Part shown: piece by piece, positions 29,101 through 44,050 of the stretch
Layout: every line of letters begins with the position of its first letter
Numbering within the stretch: position 1 is the stretch's first letter
NCBI RefSeq assembly: GCF_036321535.1
Contig: NC_087437.1
Coordinates: 44,704,001 to 44,768,000, forward strand
Origin: Camelus dromedarius
Taxonomy: Eukaryota
DNA: 64,000 nt
Reading direction: 5' to 3'
Made by a program: the position numbers and the translations under genes
The notes under the pieces: model-generated
What the model was told of the DNA's origin: nothing
Database searches by the model: none
The model's input: only the letters and a program-made list of their open reading frames with translations

Positions 29101-31829
29101 AATTTTGTTTTATTCTTATATATGGATTTCTCAAAGAACTGCACTCATCCATTTACCTCTAGAGGTTCTGATTTTCAAGAGATAATACCTTCTTGAAAAA
29201 AATTGATTTAATTTCCTCCTTTTAGTACCGAGGAAATTGAGGCTTGAGATTTAATTATTTTTACAAGAGCCTGGATCTCATTACCTAGAACTCCAAGGGA
29301 AACTTACAGAAGAAGCAAAAACACACATCCAAAAAGTCAAAGTATATCTATTAGGGAAATTATAACAGAATTTTCAAAATTTCCATATGAGGGCTTCTCT
29401 ATCAAATGGGGCAAGTTCCACGTAGGTTAATGGCAACATTCATGGTGTGAGGAGATTCAAGTAGATGAATAAAAATGTCAATTTTATATATCAGAGTTAA
29501 GATCTTCACAAAGTAGATGGTTATTTTTAGAGTTGATTCTATTGATTTTCTCTGCTGTTCAGGACGCACTTGGGTTTGTTTTCCTCGTAAAGACATAGCC
29601 AGAAATTCCTGTTATGAGAAAGTAATTATATTTTTTGTAAACTGTTTTCCCCTCACTTTTGATTTTTAATCCCTTCTCCATTTTCTCTTCCAGTATTTTT
29701 TTTTTTAATTTCTTTTCTGATGTTGGTAGTGCTGCATCCCTGTCTAATCTAACATTCATGTGGGCTGTAAAGAAAATATCTGGGTTGTTTCAGTCAAATA
29801 AATTTTCTGATATACATTTGGGGATTTTAAGAAGCAAGCAAAAATCAGCCTTTCTTCCAAAATAAGCACTTAGTAACTTCAAATCCTTAGTTTTTTGTTT
29901 TTTGGGGTTTTTTTGCTTTGCTGTAGATATCTATATAAAATTGCCAATGGAATTAATAAATTCACATATGTCATTTATTGAGGATAGCGTTCAAAATTGA
30001 GTGAATTGGAAAAGAAAAGAAATTCCAGGCAAAAGTTATATCTGCAAATTGTCCTTCTAGTAAATAGTAATAGAAAACTAATGCTCAGTCCTTCTGCTCA
30101 AATCCTTAAACTCATCTCCTATATGAGAATATCCTCAGCATTGAAATTCTAGCCTGTCTTTCTGAAAAGCAATTCAAACAATTGCCTACTTCTTGCTGTG
30201 TAGTAGAGTATCTGTGACTTCTAAGAGTTTTAATTTTTAGATGGTTCTGAAACATTTCAAATGCAAGTGAAACCTATTTTAAAAAATAACATTTAAGTAA
30301 ATTTTGTCTGAGCTAAATGATACTGGTGACTGAAAGAAAACAGCACCCAATCAGTCCTAAATGTGTCCTCTCCAGATGACTTCAACTATACCCAGGGCTT
30401 TGGTTCCCACCTTCATGCTGATGTCCCTCTCAATTTACTTTGCCAGCTTTGATCTCTCCAGTGAACTCCAAAGCTGCATTTCCAACTACACACTAGATGT
30501 CTCCACCTGGATATTCTATATGATTGTCAAATTCAACATGCTCCACAGTGACTTTATTGGTTTTTGTCTACCCATCCCCTTTCCTCTCTCCTGTCCCAGG
30601 AAAAATGCTTTCATTTTCAGTGGACAAAACCATCAACTCAACTGGCTATCTAAACAGCAGAGATAATTGGCTCAGAAGCAGCTAGGGCTGCAGACCTGGT
30701 GAGAGCTGATTTGGCCTTGTTCTTTAGGATTTTTTGGCTACATCATTCTTGGAGAATCAGCTTTGTTCTCAAATTGGCTTTGAAGGTTACACAATAGTTT
30801 CAGTAGTTCTAGATTTTATTTCTTCATTCACATTGTTCAAAAAGAAAGAAAGCGAATCTTCAGAGAGTTCTTTCCACAGAGCAAGAGAACTTTCTTGGAA
30901 GCCCTCGGGGTAAAAAAAATCCTCCTAGCCTCCTGGCCAACGGAAACGGAAGGTGTCTGGCTTCAGCCCGTTTCCCTAACCAGTCCTGTGGCAGGTTCTT
31001 CAACCTTGTCAGGATCCACACCTTGAACTGTGGGTGAGCAGTCCCACCGAGTCACATGACTGCTGTGTAATGAAGAATAATATATTGGATGTTGGGATAA
31101 CCACAGTGTCTAGTATTCCATATTCTCCCCCTGTTTAGAGATTGTTTTGGTTACAAAAACAACTATTGAGTTAGCATAAATGAAAACATTTATTGAAAAG
31201 CATAAAAAACAATCTCAAGGAACTTAACTTCAGGGAATCAGCCTGACATTTCAGAAACTTGACAGTTGATCAGCCATGTGCTTTCTTTCCCTCTGTTGCT
31301 TCATATTCTCTCATCTCAGCTCAACTCTGCATTTCTGTTTTATTCTCTTGCTACTGTCCAGGAGTGTTGGCTTTCTCTATTTCTTTAACAGAGTGTACGA
31401 GGTCAAAAAAGACTACACAGTCAGTAGTTACAAAAGTCTTACACCCCCTCCCCATGCCTGTAACTAGGACTAGCTACACTTTTGATGTCTCAATCTCAAG
31501 TTCCAAGAATGAAAAGGATGACTGACCCATCCATTTCCAGTGGGTGTACGTACATTAGTTGTTGTGGGAGATAATGGAGTGTCACATGACATACGAGTCC
31601 CTATTCAAAGGTAAGAGGGAAAATGAACAGGAGTAAAATGGCATATTTGTGTATCATAGAAGTGTTTTTATTCATCTCGGTCCTTATGGCTTCACTTCTT
31701 CCTGAGGCAGATGAAATAATATCTACCTTTAAATGTGCTAGATCTTAAGCAATCTGTTAAACATGGTTTTTTTTATATGTATATGTATATATACACACAC
31801 ACACACACACATATACATACATATCTCAT

Positions 31830-32200
31830 TTCATTCCTTCAACAAACTTATGAGAAATGCACTGTTATGTCCATTTTTAGGAGCCTGAATTGAGGCCCAA
31901 CGAGATTTAATAGATTTGACAGATGGCAAACCTGATACCGTATCCCAGATGGGTCTGATTCCAAAGCCCCAACTTTTTTCACTGTTCATACCATCTGTAC
32001 ATGGGCTTTGGAACCAGACAGATCTGATTTTGAATTTTGGCTCTGCCACTTACTGGTCATATATTACTGGCTGACCTCTGCGTACTTTAGTTTCCTTTTC
32101 TGTAAAAATCTGAGGACAACAGACAGCCCTTGAAGAGGGCTTAAAATAAAACTCAAGAATAACTAGCCATGTATTTGGCAACTAGTAGGCTATCAACAAT
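31830..32200. mobile_element. Two adjacent MIRs in opposite orientation (about 31830-31990 minus, about 32000-32200 plus)
   Basis: aattgaggcccaacgagatttaa (reverse core); ggaaccagacagatctgattttgaattttggctctgccacttactgg (forward head). Confidence 0.7.
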
Positions 32201-34500
32201 AAGTTACTTTCTGTTCCATCTAATCTAGGGAATACTATTTGGGAGAAAATATATTGGAGTTGAAAGGGCAGACAAACAGGTTTACATTGGGTAGTTGTCA
32301 GTAGCTTTTTGACCACATTACCTAACGTATGTGCCTCTTAATTTTCTCACCTCTAAAAGCAAGGAATACTCATTTCATTGGGTGTTTGTGACGATTGAAT
32401 AAGATAATATATAGGAAGTCTTATTCATCCAGCCTGATTTTAGTGGCGAGCTGGGATTGAGGTATTTGTATGTATTAAATACATGGTAAGTAGTTACTAT
32501 TTAAAATTTTAAATTAAAAGGTGGATACGTTTTAAGGATACATACTGAGGGGCCTTGGTAAAGCAAATTTTGAAAATAAACCTCTACTCTTTACTCATTT
32601 TAACTTGAAGATAAGAATGTATTTTATTCATTTGGCTGCTCTGATGATCCAGACACCAGGTTAGGTGATTTGCATTTGTATCTGGGTAAATATCTTGCAA
32701 AAATAGACAGTATTACTATCCTTTTAGAGATGAAGAAACTGAAACTCAGAGAGAATTTGTAACTTTTCAAGGATATAAAGCTCAGTGGTAAAGTAAGACT
32801 CTCTTTGAACATTGCTGCTTCTAAACTGTATTTTATATTAAAATGAATCAGGGATATGTAGCAATATAGAGAAGATAGCCTATGAATTTGTAGATTTGTT
32901 GTATCACTATACCTTGTGCTGTGAGCATAGAGATTTTGTTTTGTTTCATTTATTTTGTGTGTAGGGGAATAGCAGAGATTGATTTCAGGAAGGTTTTATT
33001 TTTATCTATGTCCATAATAAGTATAGGACAATTAGGTAATGAATCCAATGTTATATTGACTTCTACAACTATGCCTCAGTGTTCTAGTATACAAATGGCA
33101 ACATTAATAGCAATCATAAAATAGCAGTGGCTTTCAAAATACCACACAACTATGTCAAAAAATTGCATTAGTGGTAAACTTGGTATAAAGAACTAGGAGA
33201 AGAAACATAGTTGAGAAAACTCCCTGCTTTTAGTTTCCTGAAGTGAACATTTAGTTGCTGTGACCAAGATCTCACCAGCTGATGTTCCCATATTTGTTCA
33301 AAGAAAAGATATGTCAATGATGAGGTTAGGAAAGACCATGGAAGGTTAACAAGTTTAACTTCCTGTTTACTGATGTCTAAACAAATTTGAATGTGTTGAG
33401 CATATATAGAATTGGAAGAAAAATGCTGGTAATTTTATTTGAATAAGAAATATCTGGCCTATTTGGTGGGTTCTGTATAGTAGATTGATGCCTTTTATAT
33501 ATGTAAATATATAGAAAAATAATTTTGACAAATTTAATCTGCCAAGGATGGTATGCCTGAAACTTCAAGCCATGAATTGTGGTTTTTAGATACTCATTTG
33601 CTTGTGAAACTTTAAAAAGCTAGATCAGAAAGTTACTGTCACCATTAAGTTTTATCGAATTACTTTGGGAAACAGAATATAAAATAAGTAATGTCAGTGA
33701 CAATAATCCAAAGGAATTTCTGAAGAGTTAATACTGTGTTAACTTATACAGAGAGGAGATCCCAATTAGATGGCCGTTGGTTTTACTGATTTAATATATT
33801 AGTATGTTGATAAAATCCTCTGACTTTGAAATATTCTTTGGCTTTAACTAATGCATGCCTTTTAATTTTAATTTAATATTCCACTAATGAATTTTAAGAA
33901 AATCTAAAATGGGATATAAAATATGAACATTTTCTTTTTCCTCTTAGCTTCAAGTAGACATTTGAGGAAGCAGAATATATGTATTCTAGCTCTAAGGTGG
34001 AGAAGGCTCAAGTTTGCCAATCCCAGAGAAAATTAAGAGATGTGAGGGAATTTACATCACACACAAAGTGGGATCTCCACAGAGTAGGGCGTAGGGCATA
34101 GGCTTGTTCACAGTTGCTTCCCAACAACCATTGACTAAAGCCTTATATTTTAACATTGAAATTTACAGATAGGTAACAATATGTAGATAGACAGATATAA
34201 ATGGATCTGATGTTTTTCCATTTCTCTCCATTCATATTTTTCAAATAATTCCCTAGTCAGACATTTTGATTTGAGAAATTCAAGAAGGTGTGTGTTACAC
34301 AATTTTTTAAAATGTTTACTTTTTAGCTCTTAAATATTTTATATCGGACAAGATTTTCATTTAGTCAACAAATGTTTATTGAGCACCTATTACGTAACAA
34401 TATATATGTGATCATCACAGACTGACGTAATGAACAAGGCAGTTTAGGTGTTATCCTTGAAACAGCTTTCATTCTTTCTATTAAAGAAAACAGTAAACCA

Positions 34501-35430
34501 TGTTGACTGTTGACTGTCGACTCCATGGTTCAAAGAGAAATTATTTGGGGTATATAGATTCACAACAGAAAGTGACAAGAACAGGCAGAAAAAAATGAGT
34601 AGTTTTGTATTTTTCTGCTAAGGATAATGATTTTTTAAATTGGATCAGATAAAGGTTTACAATTGTTCTGCATTGCTAGCAGACAAAATAAACATTAAAA
34701 AAAAACAAACAAAACAAGCAAACAAACAGAAAAAAACAGAGCTCAAGCCTACCTCACTGTTGCAGTTGGAGAGAGACCTAAATGGGAAGCTCAAGGGGCC
34801 ATGGGAGGAAGCATTCTATTCTGAGTCTGGTGGTCCAGAGCCTCAGTCACAAGTAGTGAGGAGGTCTTACTAAGGTATCGGTGGAATGTCCAGCATTATC
34901 AACTGGTAACTCTCCAAACACCACAAGAAAAAAATACTTCTGATCAAACAAACCTAAGTTCATTGTATTTCTACATTACAGTTGGGTGCCACCTTGACAA
35001 AGCCATCGTAGGACTTCAAAATGGGAAATTGGCACAAGATATTTATAGGCTATTAGGACTGAACTGGGTAATTTTAAGGTGGATCTTGCAACATGCTGAA
35101 CTGATTGGCATTGAGGAAAATTTATGGTAGAATTACCTTGAACTGAAGGGCGCAGGGAGGTGAGGATCTTAGAGCAAAACTTGATAATGAAGCTGTTTAT
35201 GATTCACTCATACCTTTCATAAGCAGGCATTTTCTCAACTAAGCATCTAAGTTGTTTTCCTTGCTCTCAAACAGAAGAAAAATTATACTTCCCTGTAGAA
35301 TTATTTAGCACAGGGGAAAGGAGGTAAATTTGACTCCAGAATTATTTAACACAGGGATGGGAGAATATGCCTGTTTCCCATGATGTTTAACACAGGAATA
35401 GGAAATTATTTTGGTTGCAGATTTCCAACA
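34501..35430 (-). mobile_element. Old ERV LTR-like insertion(s) interrupting an L2
   Basis: Starts TGTTGAC and ends CCAACA. L2-like sequence lies on both sides (34355-34500 and from 35431). Internal imperfect ttaacacagg repeats. Confidence 0.45.
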
Positions 35431-36100
35431 TGAGTGCTATGAAGAAACATAAAGTAGGCCAGGAGAATAGAGAGTAAGAGAATTATTTTAGTATCACCCA
35501 GAAAGGCCTTTTTAGGGAAGTGATATTGGAGCAGAAATCAGAATGAAATGAACAAATGATCCTTGTGGAGATGTCTCCAGGAAGAGGAAACAAAGCACAA
35601 GGCCCTGAAGTGGGAGGATGCTGGGAAGGACAAGGAGGCTGGGACGCCTGGAGCAGGGGGACTAGCTGCCCCAAGCGGTGACGGTGAGATGAGGTCCAAG
35701 CGAGCATAGGACACAGGTCAGTAGGGCCTTCGAGGGCCTGGCCAAGAGTTTGGGTTTTATCCGAAGTGGGAGGAGAAGTCATGGTAGGGTTTTAAACTGG
35801 TGCTTGATGTGGTCTGACATAATTGTTTTCAAACTCACTTTGGCTGAGTAAGAATAGGCGGTTCCGGGAGGAGTGGCAGCAGGGAGGCCAGATAGGAGGC
35901 TCCTGCAGTGGGAACAGGAGAAACAGTGGTTGTTTGGACTAGGGAGGTACTTCCAGGCTGTGAGATGCATTTTGACAGGCTTTGCTGACAAATGTGACAT
36001 GAAATACAGGTGAAAGAGAAGAGTCTAAAGTTTTTTGGACTGAGCAGGAGGATGAATGAATGGTAGTGCCATTTACTAAACAAGGGCAACTGTTGAAGAA
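35431..36100 (-). mobile_element. L2 LINE fragment
   Basis: agtgctatgaagaaa...cacaaggccctgaagtggga...ggagaagtcatggtagggttttaa...gagaagagtctaaagttttttggactgagc...tggtagtgccatttacta. Confidence 0.8.
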
Positions 36101-37378
36101 GTGAAAATGTCCTGCCCTCAGCTTCAGTGATGTCACTTGGATAGAATCCAAGATCCAAAGGTGTCTTTAGGAAGAAAATACTTTCCAAAGCTTATTGCAA
36201 ACATAGTACATCAGGATTGGAGGCAGGTTGATCAGGTAAAAACACTAAGAGAAAGATGAAATAATTTAGTGATAAATGCCATGAAGAAATTAAGAGAGAA
36301 TAAATCAATGGAAAAGCACTGGTAGCATTGCCTTGAGATGGGAAAACCTCAAGAAGGAATGTGGCTTGCGAAGATGAGGCGAAGCCCTCCAGAGTGATCT
36401 GGCTAACCAGGCAGAGGCCTTGAGGTGTCTTTCAAATATCTTTAGTTTCTTTGGTCTCCATCAGTCAACTGGGGACAAGAAGCTTGAACAGCCAGTTTTT
36501 AACTGATTTTATTTCTATTTAATCCCCAAACAGTAGTAGAGTGTACCATGGAGGCCAGAATAGACTTCTGTTTTCTTCCAAATATTCTAAGACCAGTATT
36601 TATGCTCAGTTTTTAATCTCCTCTGGACAGGAAGCCACTGTCAGTCATCTCTAATCCCAAGAAAAGATTTAAGGACACAATGAGAGAGAAGACGACTTAT
36701 GATAGGAAGTGGTGGTTCCTGCAGGGGCTTTGTATTGAAAGTCATCAAACACCAACAACAATTTACACGTGGTCTCTTGAATGAGAAGAAGGCACTTTTG
36801 TTATTCTAAAGTTTTAATGAACTAAGGGGATTCCTAGACACAAGAGGATGCATTCACACAGAATTTGAACTACACTCTCAGATGGATGTAGTCAAGGTAT
36901 AATACCTCTAAAGAAAGCTCTGTTAACAGTCAATATATCTTAACTCTAAAATATTTTGATAAGCTACTTCAGTTCAGTTGTGCTCTTGAAATGCCCTCAA
37001 ATGTCCTACTTTTGAGGTGAAAGGGAAAATAGATAAACCTAAAGAAAATGGGTTACAGGACTAGGCAGAGGTAAAATTCCTCTTATGATTTTATAGTCCT
37101 TCACTCCTTTGCGTATTTGTCAAGTTGGCATCATTTAAGGCCTCTGTGATGTTGCTTCAACCTCTTCCTCCATCTCTATCAGCAGAGAATTTCTTACATG
37201 TCTTTAATTTCAGCCAGCTTCCCTGAAATATTTATTTTCCAAAGAGCAGCCACTCACTGTTCCATGTAAATGTTTATCTTCCTCCTACGCTCCCTCTCCC
37301 TCTCTCCTCTTGCCTCTCCCCCTCCTGTCTACTGCAGTGGATCCTAACTCTTGTATCTTTGAAGGCTTACCTTGACAA

Positions 37379-38111
37379 TGTTGACAGCTGAATCACAAAA
37401 TTATCACAAGGATGACTTACGGATCAAACAAAATTAAGTTTATTAGACCTACTAAACTGAGGAAAGAGAGCTACCTTTACAGAATGTGGAGGTCAGGGGA
37501 GGCTGTTTATAGGTTTTTGAGGATATTAAACCCAAAATGCACCGGGGAACTAAGGAGATGGTTTTATGTGGGCTATTGCAATATGGAAAACTTTTTTATT
37601 AAGGAGGAATTTCTCAAAAAAGAGGGAGAAAACCTAGGGTTTTATAGAGACAAATAAAGAAGTGAATCTTGAAGGAGATCTTATTTGAAGGGTAGAGCAG
37701 GGTGAGGGGAGATTTCCAGAAAAGAGTGGCAGGACAGGGCTCAGCTAAAGTTCAATTGTCATTGTCAGCCTTCTGGACTCAAGTGAGTGAAGGCAAGTCT
37801 TTCAGGGGCAGAAATGGTTGGCACTGGGCAAACTTTAGGATTTCTAGACAAAGCAAGATGAGGATATTGCTAATCTTATGAGTAACTTATTCGGCTGAAT
37901 AAGCTTTTTACCCTAATGAGCAAATTATTTGTCTGGATAAATTGATTTGCAGAAAATTCCCGAAGTAAACAGTAATGTTAACTTACTGGCTTACAGCCCT
38001 ATCTTCCTGGCAAGAATTTTCTCTAACAAATATTTAAGTCATACTGACACAGGTGGCCTCAGTTCTGAGTCTTGATCAAGATATGTGGACATGACTAGAC
38101 TTTATTCTCAA
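37379..38111 (-). mobile_element. Old ERV1-like LTR (MER90/MER110-like)
   Basis: tgttgacagctgaa...gatcaaacaaaattaagtttatt (AATAAA on minus strand)...ggtggcctcagttctgagtc...ttattctca. Confidence 0.5.
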
Positions 38112-41100
38112 AATAACTTTGCCTCACCTCTTTTTACGTGACATTTCCTGTCTCTTCTTTCTACCATGTATAGACACAAAACTTGAATCTCTACAATCAC
38201 TGTATGATATAGTATGGCTTTCTTTCCATACAAGTCATTTGTAGACTGTCTCACAACTGTTCTCCACTTGGAATTTGAGGCAATCAGAATTGTCTTTCAT
38301 GTTTCCTTGTGATATATCCTTTCATTACTTTTTCTGTCTTCACTCTGCCTCCCTCTTTCATTCCCTTCCTCCTTTTTACATCCTCAGCCCCCTTTTATTT
38401 CCTCTTCCTAATCATGTCCTACTCAACACCGCTATGCCTAAAAATAAGTGCTCACCTAGCCAAGTCATTTCTGCCTATGTAGTCTGTCCACTTCCTAAAT
38501 TAGCTCTTTGCTTGGTCCCCATCCAAGACATTGCACAGTTTAGCATTCAGCCTAGTCATCTCTGGAAGCCTTACCTCCAAGCAAATTAATATCCAAGGAC
38601 AGATTTACAAACAATGCAAAGATTCTTTTGGGTAGAATGTTTTTCCTAGCACTCCAGAATAACAATAATAATAATAGTATCAATAAGAATATTTTCAAAT
38701 ATCTGTATGCAAATAACGTTCAAGAAGTTTCCATGTGCAAATTGGGTTCTTTAAACATCATCATGAGAGAGGCAAAATGGGTGTTACTTAATTTGTCAGA
38801 AAACAGAATCAGAAGGCTTGTGTGACTTGAACAGCCTCACTCAGCTAGTTAAGTAGCAAGAGTCAGGAATTAAAAAGAATTTCCCTAATCAAGTCCAATG
38901 GTAAGAACAGCCCTAGAGTAGCTATTCACTTCTGCAATGGCAACTCTGATAGGTAAAGTTGGTTTTAAAGTATTAGATTTATATCCAAGTCTCTAAATAT
39001 CTAATAGTGATGGTAAATTTCTTAAAATTTCAGATACCTGAAAGTGAATATCATTAAATTTCAGTCTTATCAGGAAAATGTATGATTTCCACAATTTCTA
39101 TGTTTGCTTTTCCTATTATATTTTTCTTATAAGTTATTCCACAGTTATTTGCAGACAGTTACCAGCCTGAATAGTATTGTTGGTTCTTTGGTTGTTTAAT
39201 AAGAGATAAACTGATAAAAACATTGTATCTGGCATGCAAAGCACCCTGTATTACTATATGTTAAACATTTATTGTCATGCTGTCCCGATGCTGGCAAACC
39301 TCAGTCCATATTTTAAAGTGGATTTTGCATTCTAGGGCTTGCTAGTTTAATAAAAGTTGAACTAAGCTATTAAATGCCAACTACATGATCAAGAATATTA
39401 GTGCTCTGAATACGTCAGTTTGGAAAGATATGGACATAAAAGATTTACTTCTTTAATAGTTACACACGTATGCATTTCCATCTTTTATTTAACTCTTACA
39501 TATCGTCATATATTTAGTGGTAACTTTAACAGAATCTGTACTATGCACCTACTGTCTGTAAGACCAAGCAAGTTATACTGCATAGGATACAAACAGAAAA
39601 AATACAGGCCTCTGCACTCAAGTGGCTGGTGCTTTGGTAAGGCCAATTAAACGCAGATGCAGTGACTGTAATACAGCGTAGAGAGAGCTTAGTGAAGAGG
39701 GCAGCAGGGGAGTGGTGGCTGGCGAATTAAGTCCTAAGGCCCTGTGATCTGATGAGCACTGGCTTCACGGATGTCATTGGAGTATTTGAATGGCCTGGTA
39801 AATAATGGTTTTAAGTGCCTGTTGAGAGTGACAGTGCTAGACACCGGAGATTCAGATATAAATAGTCCTTGTGGTGGCTTTGAAGGTCAGAACTCCATAA
39901 TGATTTGGTCTGTGGTACAGTGTGATGAGAAGTCTAGTGGAGGAATAAACGTGCAGAGGAAGGTGTGACTCATGTTGACTGAGGGGATGATACCTTACTA
40001 GCATTTTAAAGAATGAGTGGGTGGCTCAAACAAGGGAATTAACAGAATCAAGGGCTCATAGAGCGATTCTAGTGTCCTGGTTATTATTCGCACCACATCC
40101 CGAAGAAAGGAATGCCTGCATCGTGTTCCCAAAGACAGCTAGCTCTCAGGATTGTCTAGCCATCTAGGAAAATTGGGCTCTGCTCTCCTTCTGAATTAAT
40201 ATGTTTTAAAATTTTTCTCTTATTGATAGTGTAGTTCAAATAGACTTTGGAGACTCCGTACATGAAAATTTTGGAGATCATTGTTTAATTATTTTCCCTT
40301 GCATGTTGCCTTTTTCTTCTGTCACGTAGTTCTACAACATGACATATAAGCCCATTTCCATTACTTTATACATAGTACTCACTCCACCCCTTCTGTTAAG
40401 AGCGGAAAAGCCAAAATACAAACCGCAAGTGAAATTGGCTATGAGTATTTTACTTACACATCTACCACTGGGTTACTTTCCTTTAACTGACATTACAATT
40501 TATTTATGTTTGATTTATGCCCTACTCTGTGTGTTAAATGTATCCTTTAAATTATTTAGAGCATTGTGAATACTCTATGTGTATGCTGTTTCTAAGAATC
40601 TCCTATATATTTGTACTTACATCATTTGTGTTCACAATGACAGCTTATCTAACTTGTCTTCATAGTAATGAATTTACTGTGTCACTGGAGTATCCTATCT
40701 CCAGGGACAGTGTGGTGTTTCAGAGAGAATCAGAATATAAATTTGAAATCTCTGATCTACCACTAACCGTAAGACATAGAGTATTTGATTTCTCATTCTT
40801 CTTATTGTACACTAATGTTCGTAATTAGAGCTAATTATCTTTTCACACATTTATTGAATACCTATTATATGTTAAGTATAGGCAATACAGAGACAGCCTT
40901 CAAAGAACTTAAGTTTTCAAGATTTACAGATTTTAGGTTATCATAACCCTCAGTGGAGACAATAAACATGACAGCACTTTGAAAAACAAAAGATGTTTAA
41001 GTAAGCTCTTGTCCTTATTTTCTTAATATAGGAAAACTAACTGGCTCCTTAACATTTGTGAACCCTTGAATAATTGGAATGTAATTTAAAGAAATCCATT

Positions 41101-43750
41101 CATTACCGTTACCTCATGAATCATCCTTTTCTCTCTGAGTATCTTTTAAGATGTGTAATGATTTCTCGAGGAGCGGTTGTTGAATGCCATGCAACCGTGA
41201 TGTGGAACTTTGGGGGCTACCATCATCCATTTGAAGCTCTGAATCACGTTTTTCTTCCTGTGACAGAAGAATGGAATTTTTTTCATGAGGGAAATTATGT
41301 ATCAGGTGTTTAATTTTACTTTGGTTAAAAATAACAGTTATAACAGCTTACATTTGGGGAACAACATTTTTCACTAATAGTTTATTACCACGTGTTTTAA
41401 TCCTGAATTAACCCTAGGAAGTAAGTACTATTATTAATCTCAGTTTGTGATTAGGTGGGTCATAGATAGTTAAAGCTCTCTACCCAGAGTTACAGAGCTG
41501 GCAAATGATAACAGCAGTTTCACTGAGTCTTTTAAGAATACTCACAAATAATCTAAACTCAAACCCCTTGCCAAAATTAAATGTAGTTTTATTTCATGGG
41601 AATATAACGTTATATACATTTCATAGAGTAAATGAGATCCAGAATTTTTATCATGCCTCAGTAGCTATTGAAATTGCGGAAATGCTGTCTGTACTGAAAA
41701 TTGTATGTTACACTTTGAGATTTTCTGAAGTAGGTGATTCGATTTGCTTCTACATAAATACTTGACAAGAATTAGAGTATAGCTTCTTTTTGATAAAGTA
41801 GAGCTGTCTTTTATTTCCATTTTGGAGAATACTTATTTTACACAGCTGATATGTCTAATTTGAAGAAGGGTTTATGGTTGAACACATTTGATTTTTATTC
41901 TTTGACAAGTAATTAATGCTGCTCTCTGTATCATCTAAGTAGATCCCAGCATTTCTAACCTCCTACTTCCACTGTAGTATGAATTTCTCTTCTGATTACT
42001 CTTTGTTTTCAATTTTCCTCCCAAACAGGGCTTATTATTCCAGTCGAAATCATCAGCAATAGTTGAAGGTATACATCATTAAATAACATTTTTTTCTGTC
42101 AGCCACAGCACTCAATTTCTTGCAGTATTTCCCACACCTCTGGGGTCTAGACCAGTAATTTAAAACTGGAAGAGACATACTGGCTTTAAGGGGTTTAATT
42201 CAAAGTGTAACAGGATGGACACTGTTAAGTCTGCTTATACCATTTCTGGTCTTTCCCTCTGGAGACTCTGAGAAGCTTTTCCTTTGTTTGCCTAATGAGT
42301 TCTTGTTACTGATAAATATACATTGGGGTCTGAAAATTAATGGAAAACTGCTCGTCTACACCTAAGGCACTCTTGCATTTGTGACCCTAGAAAATTCATC
42401 AGACTAAACTGTTTCTGTAAAAGCAGTTTCCCACTTTGACAGGGTAGTTCCAAGTAATTAAAGGAACTCTGGAGATTTCTGTTCCATTTTAATCTAGGTT
42501 CAGACTGGGCTGGGTCTCCCTTGTCACGTTGCATTTTAGAGGCTGAAACATACTCTGAGCCATGGAGGTAAGATCCTCTTTTAAACAATTTTAAATGGAT
42601 ATTTAGATGATAATTTTTTATTTAAATGCTAATAATAGCAGCAATAATAATGGAGCTACCAAGCTCATGATAAAATATTTTATATGGCTAAAAATAGTTT
42701 GTGCATTATATAACATTGGCTATTTTCCAATTCTATTTTGGTATCATTATTTAAATATAGTACCACCAATATGGTTTTAAATTCTGTCTTCTTTTGATTC
42801 TATCATGCTGTGAGCTATTTGTTGACAGGGAGGGCCACAGATAGCCACTGACAATTTGAGCATAGTAGTCAGAAAACATGCTATCAACATGGTATTTTTG
42901 AAGTATTTGGGAGGCTCTGGAAAACATAATAGGACTTTTGGTGTAAACTTAGTCTAAGACAACTGGTTCAACTACCCTGGAGACCTGGATATAAAAAGGC
43001 AAATAAATGCTGGGTTTCAGAGAATAGACAAAAGAGGCATCAATGTTTTATTTCAAGGTTCATGACAGTAGGTGGATTCTAAGACAAGGTAGTGACTTGT
43101 TTAGGTGTGACCAAATATGAAGGCAAACAGTATACATTTATTGTTTATAGGTCCTATGTAAAGCAAAAATACAACCAAGTTTCTTTATTGCTAAATGTAT
43201 TTTGAAGGCTATTGATTGATATTCTAATTCTTTATGTAGGAAAGATGTGATTATAAACCCTATATTGGGATGGTTCAGGAAGGATCTTAAGAATGTTCTT
43301 AATCTGCCTGGACAGAATAGAGTGCTTTGACCTCAGTAACATGTTTGAAATAAACAACAAAGGGCAAAGAAGTAATAATCTCTGGTTGTACAGTGATTAT
43401 TAATTCAACATTTCTGGGGTGGGAACTTCAAATAAGGCAGCAAATACAGAGACTTTGTTAAGCAGGACTGTCTAGATTTATGGCATTCTAGGGGAAGCGC
43501 ACACATTCCTAGAACATTGGACTGGTGCCACCTCCTTTGGAAGAAACACAGGTACCAGATTGGTTTAATGGTTAACAGCTTTTCAAACAGAGAGAGGATA
43601 TTAAAGAACTCCCAGCTGTCCTAAAATGGTTTTTTTTTTTAATTTTATTTGGTGGAGGTTTCATAATTCCTCATAAGGAGGAATAATTAGGAATTGGATC
43701 TGAAAGAAAGCATTTTTGATACAGAATCCATCTGGAGAGAAGAGAGACAC

Positions 43751-43756
43751 AGAGAG

Positions 43757-43800
<44 letters not shown>
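43751..43800. repeat. (AG)5(TG)20 compound microsatellite
   Basis: Direct reading. Confidence 0.97.
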
Positions 43801-43802
<2 letters not shown>

Positions 43803-44050
43803 CTTGCCACTGACTTAATGATGCATTTGGTGAGGTGGTGGTGAATTTTGCTTAACTGCAGGAAATACTTGAAAATTCAATAAGCTGAACCAGGCAACCC
43901 AGAAAAATTAATAATGATGAGATCCTTCATCTAGGGAGGAGACGGATGCTTTAGGAGTGATTGTACTTAAAGTAGAGGCAATGAGGAAACGAGGTCCCAG
44001 CAACCCCGGGTTTTAGAGAGTATCAGAGAGGATGCTGCCTAAGCGACAAA

